Shown here piece by piece: positions 51,741-64,000 of a stretch of 64,000 bases of DNA. The DNA is from the human T2T-CHM13v2.0 reference genome, Homo sapiens, in the NCBI RefSeq assembly GCF_009914755.1, contig NC_060929.1. One strand, written 5' to 3'. Under the pieces are notes generated by a model, which saw nothing but the letters and a program-made list of their open reading frames with translations, was not told where the DNA came from and made no database searches. The position numbers and the translations under genes were made by a program. How positions within the stretch are numbered: position 1 is the stretch's first letter; each line of letters begins with the position of its first letter.

Positions 51741-53480
51741 GCCAATTGTATACTACCTTTCACTGAAAATTTGTATTAATTTTTATTTTCTGAAATAATA
51801 ACTGGTTGTTCACTAAATCCTTTAAAATTTCTTCTAAGAAGACATTCCAGTGTATGCCAGTAGTATAGTTGACAGAGTATTTCTCTCTCATCTTCTGGTA
51901 ATTTGTGGTGACTGTGTAGTCCTGATTTTTATTATGGCCATGGTCTTTTTTGTATCCTTTCCTATCTCTGTCTCTATAGCGGAGAAAACCATTAGTTATT
52001 TCTTGCACTTATTTCAGCAAAGGGGAAGTAATACATACATATGGGGGAATACCTTGTTCCCACTCCCAAGTCATAAGACAACGTCTCTACTACTCTTGTC
52101 TCTTAAAGCTTCCCCATCAGGTCATGCTTCTATTTGCAGGACATGTATTAGCAGTAGTGCACTAGCAAAATAGTTGTGTTGATTCTCCTCTACCCCCACC
52201 AAAGTAATGTGCCCTCCTTTTATAACCATACAAGGCAAACATTTTGTAAGAATGAGCATGTATTACTACAAAGCAACAGGAGGCTCATGTTCTCACAACA
52301 TGTTCAAATGTAAGCACAAAGACCCACTCCAGATTTAAATATCAATGAGTTTTGGAATACACACAGCTTTGGCTCATTTCTGGCCCTATTCTGCCATCAG
52401 CATGTATCAGCCAAAGCTTTACTCTGACCCATTTAGAAATAGCCTTTGTACGTGAAGATGAACGCATAGTTGTAGTGGGTTTTTTACATAGTCACTTATT
52501 ACTATAGCTTATTTTAATTTAGTGACAGATTGTCATATATTTTGAGTTTTCTCAAGTTATAAAAGTTTTTTTTCTTTCTTGGAACTAAATAGAATATATA
52601 TTATTTCTGATATGTTGAGGGAAATTTATATTGGTTTTGTTCATATTACTAGAAAAGTCACTCAATATGAATTTGTGCTCTTGTGACATTGTGACAACTC
52701 AGTTGTCCTAGAATTTTTATTAGGCTGTTTCTAAATTTCACAAATCCATGAATAGGTGAGTTTACCATATATAGACTGGAAGTACTTTATTTTTAAAATT
52801 TTTTTCCCCAAAACTCACCCCCTCTTCTCAGTGTCAGGAAAACCTCTTTGGAGTTCTATTGGACTAAGTGTCTGAGTCAGTGCTTATGTGGGTTGCTGGA
52901 ATATTTACCAGGCAGAAAACATTCTTGAAGTTTTTAATTTGATCTGTCTCCTTGAAATAAATATCACGAAAAGTATATATAGGTACCTTTGGTTTGTGTC
53001 CTTTACCTTGAAGAGTATAGCAGCCAATTTGAAATTGCCTAGGTCTACTTTGTGAAATTCACCACTTAGTTCTACCTTTGATCTCATGCTTCTTTTTAAA
53101 AAATTGATGAATTCATTGGGTCTTGGGCCTTTTTTTTTTAATTTTGCTTATATAGTCATAATGTACTTTACATTTAACAGGTCATTTATTTTTGATTCAG
53201 TCCCAAGACTTTTCCTCATTTTTTGTTGTAGTCAGTTGTGTACTACTTTTCACTTAAAATGTTTATTGATTTTGATTATCTGAAATGAAACCCATTTTTG
53301 TGCTAAATCTTTTAAAATCATTCTAAGAAAATAGTCAAGTTTATGTATACTTCACTTAGAATATTTCTGATAATTTGTGGTGACTCTGTGGTCCTGATTT
53401 TTATATGGCCATGATCTTTCCTGTGTCCTCGTCTTCTCATATCTCTCTGTATAGCTGAAAAAATTATTAGTTATTCCTTG
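51741..53480 (+). repeat. Diverged direct duplication of ~250 bp (copies 51741-52005 and 53231-53480)
   Basis: Collinear shared blocks, e.g. TAATTTGTGGTGACTGTGTAGTCCTGATTTTTATTATGGCCATG vs TAATTTGTGGTGACTCTGTGGTCCTGATTTTTATATGGCCATG. Confidence 0.85.
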
Positions 53481-53702
53481 TTGTTAATTATTTCTTTAAA
53501 ATGCAGTCATAAGGATTCTCAAAGTTACACAACGTTCCACAAATTCTATACTTTTTCTACAACCTTAATTAAGATTGCACCAGTGCTAAAATGGATATAC
53601 ACAACCATACTATTAAAAATATTACAAGCATTTATGGAGAGGAATAGGAATTAACAGGAAGCAGTACGGTTTCCATAGATTTGGAAAGCCACCGAAGAGG
53701 AA

Positions 53703-53920
53703 TTTTTTTTTTTTTTTTTTGGACAGAGTCTCGCACTGTCACCCAGGCTGGAGTGCAATGGCGTCATCTTGGCTCACTGCAACCTCCGCCTCCCAGGTTC
53801 AAGCAATTCTCCTTGCCTCAGCCTCCCTAGTAGCTGGGATTACAGGCGCCCGCTACCATGCCCAGCTAATTTTTTTTTGTATTTTTAGTAGAGACGGGGT
53901 TTCACTATGTTGGCCAGGCT
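53703..53920 (-). mobile_element. 5'-truncated AluS
   Basis: Poly-T and right arm; the left arm stops at TTGGCCAGGCT. Degenerate TSD CCGAAGAGGAATTT (53692-53705) / CAGAAGAAGTATTT (53921-53934). Confidence 0.9.
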
Positions 53921-55189
53921 CAGAAGAAGTATTTCTTTTAAAGTTCTTAAAGCGTTGATTTTGAAACAAGAGTTGTATAGGCACCACTATAATCCCTCCA
54001 GTTTATAAAGAGAAGGCATTTGCCACATCTTCCTTCCCTCCTCTGCTTCTGCCTGAACAAAAGTGTGCTGAATCTACTCCCACCTGCAGCAAACCTATCA
54101 GTCCCTGGACCAAACTCAGCAACAATAGGAAGCATATTTGGAGCCTTTGACTCTCTTTTCCTCATTGGGTACATATAGTGGCCCTGCTACTACTGCTGGG
54201 CTCCCGTATTATTGCTCATTCTGAGCTGGAATCTGTGCAGTTCACTAGATCTGGGAGGCCATGATTCCGAATTATATCCTAGGGGCCAGTGTGGCTCTAT
54301 AGATATGGAAATTGTCCTCTTCTGTCTACACGGGACTAGGCCTCTGCTAAGTTTCCTTGGATCTTTGGATGCTGTCACTATGCCCTAATTCCACTCTGTG
54401 GTGTTTCATGAAATAGAATCAGATCTGATGATGGCCACCATCTGCCTGATTTCTAAGTATTCCTGATAGTCTCTGCTACTTCTGCCTGATATGATACCCT
54501 ATTACTTACAGCTGCTTGCATGACTTCAGTGCTCTTTCTGCCCTTTGAATATGGTGCCTTTCTGTCTTATGGATCTGTGGTTGTCAGTTGTGAATAGTTT
54601 CTGCTGTATATTTGTGATCCCAAATGTGTGTCCTGGCTGGTATTGCTAAACATCCCTTGTGCTTCACACCTGTATCAGAGAGATGGGCCTCAGACATAAT
54701 GAGTCTTTCCAAGCTCTGAAGGGTGGCATCTCACTGATTGCACCATAGTATGAGTCTCATTCACTCTCTTGTTTCTCCATAGCTCTTCTTGGTTCCAAAA
54801 CGCTATCTTGGTAACTTATGATAATAAAACCATTAAAATAAGGATTAAAACAAAGGCACGTAATAAAAGGGCGTAGGATAAAACTAAACCAGAAAACCAG
54901 GACCTCCCTCAAAGATCCTGCAGTTGAATAACTTGAATTTTAGGCTCACCTTTCTGCCAGTTGGAGAAAAAGAGAGGCATAGAAATGATGCCACCTACTA
55001 TCAGATCAGAGTGGGGCAGGAGATTCCAGTTCGTCAGGAGAAATGTTTATGTTTTTCCTAGCTATGGGGAAGCGTGTGTTGAGTAGCTTATTATTTTTAT
55101 ATCAAATAATCATATTAAAATGCCAGTGCATCCTTCCTTTCTAGCATGATATACTTCAAAAAATTATTCTTCTTCACAATGCCTTTAGA

Positions 55190-55815
<626 letters not shown>

Positions 55816-56844
55816 GGCCTTCCACAATGGGGCAAGTGGTGCAACGGTAGGAGGGCACCTCCTGATTGTTAAAATATTCTTGTGATACTTGCAGTCTTGA
55901 GATTCCTCAGCTACAATTACCATCAGGAACCTTGAAAGGAAATTTCTTCAGTGTTCTTCATACTGAATGGCCATTAATTCAGAAGTTATAATTTTTTTAT
56001 GTCACCAAACTAACTTGATGAGATGAACAAACAGATTGCTGTTTTTAAGAAAGTGAGTAACTTACTCTGAAAACCTCTGGACCTTTACTTTCAATGCCTT
56101 CATCACTAGTGAATTCACTAATTTATGTAATCAGGGAAATTCTCTTGAACTATTTTTAATGGCACCTACTTCCTTAAGACTTCCATGATTTCACCTGCTT
56201 TCTTTCCTGAGGCTTCAAAGGGAATCAGTTTGTAATTTTTCAGTGATATTCATGACTTTGTGCTTGGCATGCAGTTACTTGTTAATTTCTTTTTTAGCTT
56301 CTTGTTGAGAACTGAGACTTGTTGGCTGTCCTCCTCCCTTTTAGTGCCTTGCATGGTGTAAAGTGTAGTCAGTAACGTTTGTTGAATGCACATGTATGTA
56401 CCTTCTCTGATTTAAGGTCTGGAAGGCAGGACGTGGTTTTCTTTTTTAATATATCCTTTCATATATTTTTAGCTGCTAGCATAGTTTGGTTTATTCAGTT
56501 GGTGCTTAATAAATTCTTGCCAGCTGGACTCATAACTTATAATTAGCCTCCCAAGTCTTAGTCCGCAACTATGTTCATCAAGTTGTTAAATTACATATTT
56601 GAAAAAAAATCACCATTTTCATTTAGAGGAACAAATACAAACAAATATATCTACCAACCTACCTTGCTGGTTCTATGAAACCTAACTGACTCTATGAAAA
56701 AAATGAAAAAGTTAACTAAGAGTGTACTACTACTTTTAGTTAAATGCCAATGAGGTATAATATGTAGTTGTCAGAAGAAAAAATATAAGTATTGTTATAG
56801 TTCATAAACATTATGATAAAATAATTTAGTTCATGATATTTGAA

Positions 56845-56960
56845 TCATTCAATTCTTTCATTCAACAAACTGAACACCTATTATGATTAACGCATTGTGT
56901 TGGGCACAGGGGACAAAAAAAGATAAGTTTGACCCTCAAGTTGCTCACATTTTAGTTGGA
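56845..56960 (-). mobile_element. L2 3' fragment
   Basis: TTCATTCAACAAACTGAACACCTATTATG...GACCCTCAAGTTGCTCACATTTTAGTTGG. Confidence 0.6.
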
Positions 56961-59401
56961 AAGTCAGATCATGCCAAAGAATTCTCTAAAACATTTGTAA
57001 GTTTAGAGCAAGCTACTAATGGGAGAAAGGCTCAGTGAAGTCTACTTTTTATTATGTTTTCCTTATATGGTGTTGGCTAATAAGTATTTGGGGAATAAAT
57101 GTGTAGATAGTGGTCTGTTTAAAAGAAGTTACATTATTTGGCATTTATTACATTTTATTTATTTTCTTAATTGATTAATTGCAGTTAAATTACCTTAGCA
57201 TGCAAGAACAGATTTTACAGATTTTGACGTATGATTAAGCAGCATAAAGCATAACTAATGTGGTTTTAGTGGCATGCTATGTATTAAGGCATGAAATTTA
57301 AATACACACTTCATCAAGATTTTTTTGCAGTTACAGTGAATTAGAAAGATTCCGATCTTGGAACTCCCTCCAACTCCTGTGTTAGGGAGAGGCAGGAATT
57401 TTATAATTGAGATTATTACAGAAGAGTGTCCTGACATAACTGATTGACTTTAGTGATGTGCCTTGAAAGTTCAAATTCAAGGTGTGCACTTATTTCAGTC
57501 AGCTTGTCCTGAATGTTTAAATAAGAAATACTATTTCTGGGTATTCTGAATAACTCGTTGTACATTTATTCCTAATAGTGAGCATTTGGACTAATGATGG
57601 ATTACTAATGAGCATGTAAATGTACCACCTGATTACATTAATATATGATCTTCCATGACGAGGTCTGAAATGAACATTTCTAATATGTATTTCTTTTCCC
57701 CAAATGGCACTGTGGTGTATACTGAGTGGGACTGAGACAAGGGTGTTCTTAAGAGCCACTGATTTAGTCAATTATCAAAAATCACATTATAATAAATGCT
57801 GTTCTAAGAATTTTGATTAACCTTTAAATAAATGTTACTTTGGAGAAAAAAAATCTGCCAAATGCATTAATGATAAATTGTGAAGTGGTAGTAATTGCAA
57901 GTATGGCTTTATAGATAATATAGTTAATTGATACCACCCTCTCAAGCATATACAGCACATCAGCTGCTATGAGCCTGGGTGATAGTAATGGTGTCTATGG
58001 CATTTATGATGCATTGAGGATGACATGAGTAAAATGAAAACTTAGAGCACTCACCAGGGTCATTCTTTCATGGACATCTGATGCCCATGGTCAAGTAAAT
58101 TTTTAATGACACATAGTCACTACACACCTTTCAGCCTTCTGGAGAGGTAAGTGTACATTGATCTGTCCTAATTAGCCTTGCAGAGTACTTCAGACATCCC
58201 TGCAGGAACACTATTATTTAATAAAATAGGAGCTGTTTTTACACAAGCTCAGCACTTGCTCCTTGGATAGCTGTATTGTTTTTTTGCTCTTCTCTCTTTT
58301 TTTTAAAACTCATATCTCATGTCTCATGTTCGTCTTTGTCTTTGACAATGTAGTATTAATGCAGCTGCATGAAAAAGTAAGCAAAATTAAGGAATGAGTC
58401 TGATTATGAAGGTTCATTGCTATTATAAGAACCCATAGAGCACACATCCATTCCTTCCCTAATGTATAGGGTGCTGACTGCATAAAATTGCTTGGAAAGA
58501 CATTAAGGATATGCAGGCAATTCTGTTGAGGTATGCAGTGGGATGCTTTTATGTTTGGTGATAAAGGTGGCTCTGGAATATCTGATTTCATAAAAAAAAA
58601 AAAAGTTAGCCAGACAGTTTGTACTGGTTGTATACTGGAACATTTATCTAGGGACATCTGTTTTTTTTTCTTTTTTTTTGAGATTTTAATTTTTATCTGG
58701 GTTTAGGGTCTATAACAAAGAATCCTGAGTTGCTCATCTTTGGAGCAAATAAAATCTTATTTATAATTCGCTCATAGCGCTTGGTGGTAGAGGAATTTCT
58801 AATGTAGATGTTTATTATAATTATGAAGTTAGTTCCAAATGTTATACAGAACAGATGGTGTTAAATCCTATCCTAGGGTTAAAGTCTACAGCCAGAACTT
58901 CTTATCACTTGGTGGACATGGTTCACTGATTACTGGATGTATAATATTTACTCTTAATAGAATGCAACAAGAATGAATCTTTGTCAAATTCTTGGTCTGA
59001 CCATTAATGAGACTATCTGTATTTGCCCTTGTGTACAGGGAAACCAGCCATCTCTTTCTGCTGTTTCATGGTCACAGTTGGCTATCAGCTCCACAAGTGT
59101 CCTTGTTACCGCTTACCGATACCTATAGTTGCATAATTAGAGATTACAATGCTTGGATTTTTCAAACATCCCTAGAAATGACAATACTTTGATTAAGTCA
59201 GGTCATTAGAACTCAGTGTGAATAGGCGGACTAGCTCTTTCTGGAGAACAGATTTTGAGAGTGAAGGGGCAGAGAAATGTGAAGACACCGAGTCACTAGA
59301 GAGTGAGAGGGACTTCCTTGTTGGCATGAGGGAGGTAGTGGGGACATGATGAAAGACAGTGAATGAGGAGGTTTAGAACAGCACAGGACAAGTTTTACTT
59401 C

Positions 59402-59871
59402 TTTTTTTAGTTTTCTTTTTAATTTACTTTAAGTTCTGGGATACATGTGCAGAGCGTGCAGGTTTGTTACATAGGTATATATATGCCATGGTGGTTTGCT
59501 TCACCCATCAACCCATCATCTAGGTTTTAAGCCCCGCATGCATTAGGTATTTGTCCTAATGCTCTCCCTTCCCTTGCCCCTCACCCCTTGACAAGCCTTG
59601 GTGTGTGATGTTTCCCACCCTGTGTCCATGTGTTCTCATTGTTCAATTCCCACTTATGAGTGAGAACATGCAGTGTTTGATTTTCTGTTCCTGGTTTAGT
59701 TTGCTGAGAATGATGGCTTCCAGGTTCATCCATGTCCCTGCAAAGGACATGAACTCGTTCTTTTTTATGACTGCATAGTATTCCATGGTGTATATGTGCC
59801 ACATTTTCTTTATCCAGTCTATCATTAATGGGCATTTGGGTTAGTTTCAAGTCTTTGCTATTGTAAATAGT
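59402..59871 (-). mobile_element. 5'-truncated L1PA (L1PA8-like) 3' end including the ORF2 C-terminus
   Basis: ORF 59643-59825 (DWIKKMWHIYTMEYYAVIKKNEFMSFAGTWM...) is the L1 ORF2p C-terminus. 3'UTR CTAGGTTTTAAGCCCCGCATGCATTAGG. Degenerate TSD CAAGTTTTACTTCTTT / CAAGCTTTATTTTCTTT. Confidence 0.92.
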
Positions 59872-60149
59872 CAAGCTTTATTTTCTTTACAACATGCAAA
59901 ACCCTCTAAAAATGTCAGGCTTTCTGAATAGAGTTTTAATCCACCTTTAAAAATTGTGGTTGAAAACAATTTGGTTTCAGTTATATTTGGAAATAAAGTT
60001 GATAGTTTCATTGTTATCTGATATTTTAATTAAATTCCCTAGTTCATTTATTCGTGAAACATTTATTGAATCATTATATGTGTTAAATAGTGTGTTAGAT
60101 GCTGAGGAAAAAGGCGTGCTTCCCATCCATACTGTTTTATCAGTCACTA

Positions 60150-60430
60150 TGCCATTGCCTGCAGGTAACAGAAAACACAAATCCAAATGGCCTCAATAAT
60201 AAAGATATATGTTGGCTCACTTCACTGAAAGTTCAGAGATGTGGTGGAATCCAGGGTCATTTGAATCCAGTAGTTTGGGCTTCATTTTCCTTCCATTGTT
60301 TGCCCTCTCTGTGGACCAGCTTCATCAGTGGCTAATAGCAAGAAAGTTATCAAGTGAAAGGGACTTTTATAGAAGAGCTACAAAAGCTTCCCCAGAAGCT
60401 TCAAAGAAACCTCTTCTTGGATTTTATTAG
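60150..60430. mobile_element. MLT1-like (ERVL-MaLR) LTR fragment flanked by L2 pieces
   Basis: TGCAGGTAACAGAAAAC...CAAATGGCCTCAATAATAAAG...TTGGCTCAC...ACTGAAAGTTCAGAG resembles old MLT1 termini. Confidence 0.5.
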
Positions 60431-60791
60431 CCCAAGAGATCAGGATTATACAGGCAATTACAGAAATGGTGGATGCAGTTATGTATTGGTTCAGTGAGCA
60501 TTGAAGAGGGAAGGACATTCACTGCAGACTAGTTAGTGCATTTGGGAGATTAAGGGAAGAATTCCTTGAAGAGGTTCTGTCCACACTGAATCCAAGAGGA
60601 TGATCAAGACAGAGGTTGGAAGGGCATTGTAGGGAGAGAGGGCATTATATGCAAAGATGCAGAAATGAGAGGGCAACGGTGCGTAAAAGCAGCTACCCTT
60701 GCTCACATTCTTTAGGTCTCAGCTACACCTTATCTGCCTTAGGTTTAACAGAGCCTTTATATGGTCTCACAGTTCCCTGTACTTATCCCAG

Positions 60792-60880
60792 TTTTTTTTT
60801 AAGAGATGAGAGCACAGTGATGTGATCATAGCACACTGCAGACTTGAACTCCTGGGCTCATGTGACTTATCCCATCTCAC
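60792..60880 (-). mobile_element. Old Alu monomer (AluJ/FLAM-like) fragment
   Basis: T-run, AAGAGATGAG...GTGATCATAGCACACTGCAGACTTGAACTCCTGGGCTCA. Confidence 0.7.
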
Positions 60881-60914
60881 CACACTCCATTGTTACTCAT
60901 TCAACTCTCTGTTC

Positions 60915-61035
60915 TCTACTAGACCCTGAAAGGGGTCATGTCTGTGTAATTGTCCTCTATACCTGGTGCCTGGCCCGGTGCCTGGAACATAGTAGATGAT
61001 AGTAAGTGTTCATGAAATGTGTAAGTGAGTGAGTG
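60915..61035 (+). mobile_element. L2 3' tail
   Basis: GTGCCTGGCCCGGTGCCTGGAACATAGTAG...GTGAGTGAGTG. Confidence 0.7.
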
Positions 61036-61806
61036 GTTTATTATTATTTTAATAGTTGACGGCATTTGGATCTGTTCATTCCTACACTGGTAAGAATGAT
61101 AGCTTTCATGGCCCTGATTAGATGTCTCATAAAATAGTCATAAAGTGTGGGCATTAAAACTGAGTCTTGTGGATTCTGGATTCTGAGAAGTTTTTGACTC
61201 TGATATGACCAAATGTTTTGAATAGAATTTTCTTTAACGTAATTATGTGTTTTCATGCAGTCTGCAATCCCAGAGCTGGAAGAGACCTTAACAGTCATCA
61301 AAACTCTTATTTGTTGGATGAATCTTTGTGTCTTAAAGGACTGAGTGTTTGCTCACCACATCCTTTGAAAGATTAATCTCATATGCATAAAGCCCCAGGT
61401 TAGGTGACTTTCTGGTATTTCTTCTAGTTTTATGATTTTTGTAAATTTAAATTAAATAATTAATAGATTATTTTATCGACATTAGTCAGAAATTAACTTT
61501 ATGTCTATCCTGTTATATGTGATGTACCAATATAACCAGACCCTGGGAGTTGGGACAAGATTTTGCTAGGTTCCACTACCATGCATTTTCCACTTGAAAT
61601 TTTAAATTAAGCATCATATATTGAAATGAATTAATGAAAAGATATTTTTGGAGAGAGTTGTATAATAGTACCTGCTGCTCGTTATCATCAGTATTATAAT
61701 TTGCAAATATAAAACATAACAAATATTGAAAGTCTAAAATGTTTAACTTGAAGAAAAAATATAATAGTGAAAGAAAGTATAATGATGTCACATGATGAAA
61801 TTCAGT

Positions 61807-61962
61807 CAGAATTCTATTTGTGATTTTAAGTACAGAATTCTATTTGTGATTTTAAGTACCCTTTGTATCTTTTGTGATTTTAAGTACCTTTTGTGATTTT
61901 AAGTAAGTTTTGTGATTTTAAGTACCTTTTTTGATTTTAAGTACCGATTTTTGTTTAAGTAC
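61807..61962. repeat. Minisatellite with core TTTGTGATTTTAAGTAC (26-bp and 19-bp periods)
   Basis: Perfect 26-mer CAGAATTCTATTTGTGATTTTAAGTA twice (61807-61858), then about 5 shorter decaying copies. Confidence 0.92.
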
Positions 61963-62784
61963 AGCATGTTTGCCTATTGGGCCTTTAAAAATCTCTAAGG
62001 CATATCTAAATATTTCCCCATAGTATATCACAAGCCCATGTTAAGCAGTCTTTCTAATCTTTTAAAATTGCTTTACCCTTACAAGTTTGAAGCTTCTTAA
62101 TTGAATGTATTTCTTACAATGTCATCTAGACAGAAGAGTTATATTGATCAATACTTTATTTTTAGCTCACTTAACTTTCCTCAAGTTAAAGATTATTTTT
62201 AAAAATGTAAATCACTCTTTCATTTATTATAAATATATTATTTTCCATTTTGTACCTTACCAGTAATATGCACAAGATATTTCCCATTGGAAAACATTTT
62301 TTGAGCAATTCATGGAGGATTACACAGATTATAACCTAAGATTTCTGCTTTGTGGAAGAAATTATGGGGCAATAGAGTCTTGAGAGCTGTAATAAGAATT
62401 GCAAAAATACTCCCACTTCATTTTTTAATGTAGTATAATCATCAGGGATAGCATTTTCCTTTATATAAAGAAATGTCATATTCCTATACTAAGTTCTTTA
62501 TTGTCATTAAGAATTAAATGTTTAAAGATAAGTTGTGATTATTCATTATATGTTAGAAATGGGAAGAACTTTATAATTAACTGGCATCTCAAAGAATTTT
62601 ATGTTTTCCATGCAATCATCTTACATGATAGGTAGGAGGCACATTTCTTTAATTTAAGGGAACAAAGTAGATGATTGACCTCAGCCATTACAAAGTATGC
62701 GTGGTTGGGACATCCCTGGGAAGGAAATGGCAATAATATTTATGGAGAAGGTTTTTTTGAGCGTCTGCTGTTTGAAATAGAATT

Positions 62785-62960
62785 ACGGACTGGAAAAGAT
62801 CGTTAGAAAATATCTGGTCCATGTTTCTCCTTATGCAGAGAAGGGGACTTGAGCTTCATGAGGTTTAGGGACTTGCCCAGAGCTGTACATGATTAATGAG
62901 CCTGCAGAAGAGGTGGGGATACCGATTGTGTCTTCTGCTTCTCAGAGTTATGAACGTGCT
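62785..62960 (-). mobile_element. MIR fragment
   Basis: GGACTGGAAAAGATC...TTATGCAGAGAAGGGGACTTGAG...GAGGTTTAGGGACTTGCCCAG. Confidence 0.55.
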
Positions 62961-64000
62961 TTGCACAATGTCATACTGATCTCTCGGACTCTTCAATCCT
63001 GAAGAAACTTAACCGGATGTGAAAAGCACATTCCTTTTGTGTGAATCCGTTTAAAAAGATATTCCATTTGTTTTGCAGTTTTATAACGTGCAGATTTATT
63101 GACTTCAGAAAATTAAGGAATTAGTTAAGCTCCCAAAATATTTTTAATAAATTAAATGTGTTCATAATTTAAGCAAACGAATTAGTTTAGGAAACTTATA
63201 TATCTAAGTTCATCAGAAACCCATGCTCCTCTCATTAAGAAAGCAGGTTGAGACTGTTCCATCAGGCTGTGCATTGTGTTTTTCTTCTCCGAGCGCTCGG
63301 GAGATTGGCATTACTCTGCAGTAGTGTCACAGCCCGCAGTCATTTAATGCCTCTTCTTGTGAGGCCAGGATTCCACGCCCAAGTGCATTTAGTAGGTCAG
63401 TACAGTAATTTTAAATGTCTTTCTTTCAATCTTTTGCCATCTTCAATTATACCTTTCCACCCTACTATTTGTGTAATTTTCTTCTGTCTGAAGTCTCTTT
63501 ACTGTTGTTCTCTATTGCACAGCATGACAAATTACCCATCAAGCCATATCTTTTCAGCCCAGAAATGCGCAATAACACGGAGTCATGGCATTATCGCATG
63601 TTGTGCACTTTATTTCCTCACAGTTCATTCAAGTGTGTCACTTTATTTTCCTGGCTTCCTTTTGTCATCATGGAGATTAACCATTTTATCCTTCCTAAAC
63701 TTTAGAAACAATTAGAATTTCATTACAGTGGAAGCTGAGAGTGAATGCTTGCTCAGTACTATATAGAGTATACTTTTCATATTATCAGTGGCAAAATTAA
63801 AGTCATGAATCCTGAGTCTTTTTCAAAGGAGAGACTTTAGAGGTTATTATACAGCTGAGTAACCCTGGCTCTGGGCAAGAGAATTATTTGAGGTTGTGGT
63901 CACCAAACACATTAACCATAAGAAACCATTTAGTCTGACATCGAGTACCTGATTCTTATATTCTCCTGGGAATTATGAAACTCTCTGGGACCCATGTGTT

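Noticed and set aside
59581-59874. ORFs with real protein similarity
   Set aside because: Remnant of the L1 ORF2 C-terminus in a truncated L1PA, not a host gene.
61807-61962. CRISPR-like appearance of the repeat array
   Set aside because: Eukaryotic DNA, and the units are adjacent with no unique spacers; it is a minisatellite.
63248-63715. 155-aa ORF on +
   Set aside because: TTG start, Leu/Ser/Phe/Cys-rich as expected from T-rich DNA, no homology recognised.

Overview
Human (or closely related great-ape) genomic DNA. It is AT-rich, carries Alu/L1/MIR/MER repeats and contains no protein-coding exon. I recognise it from memory as the 5' regulatory region of MEF2C (5q14.3, gene on the - strand). 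Three untranslated MEF2C exons are visible: the skeletal-muscle first exon (~43.0-43.2 kb) with its E-box and MEF2-like promoter, a 97-nt internal 5'UTR exon (26609-26705), and the main CpG-island first exon (donor at 22063). The ISL1/GATA motif block at ~23.7-23.9 kb matches the published mouse anterior-heart-field enhancer as I recall it. A second CpG island (~28.2-29.3 kb) and + strand splice signals fit the divergent lncRNA MEF2C-AS1. The MEF2C start codon lies outside the window, beyond position 1. None of the listed ORFs looks like a real gene. I found no new protein-coding system. The best leads are regulatory: a dense E-box/MEIS cluster, a possible hybrid first/internal exon, a uAUG-packed exon, a candidate antisense exon with an open frame, a tandem double hairpin with ETS/NF-kB motifs, and a diverged local duplication. 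Gene and repeat-subfamily names come from recall, not from a database search.
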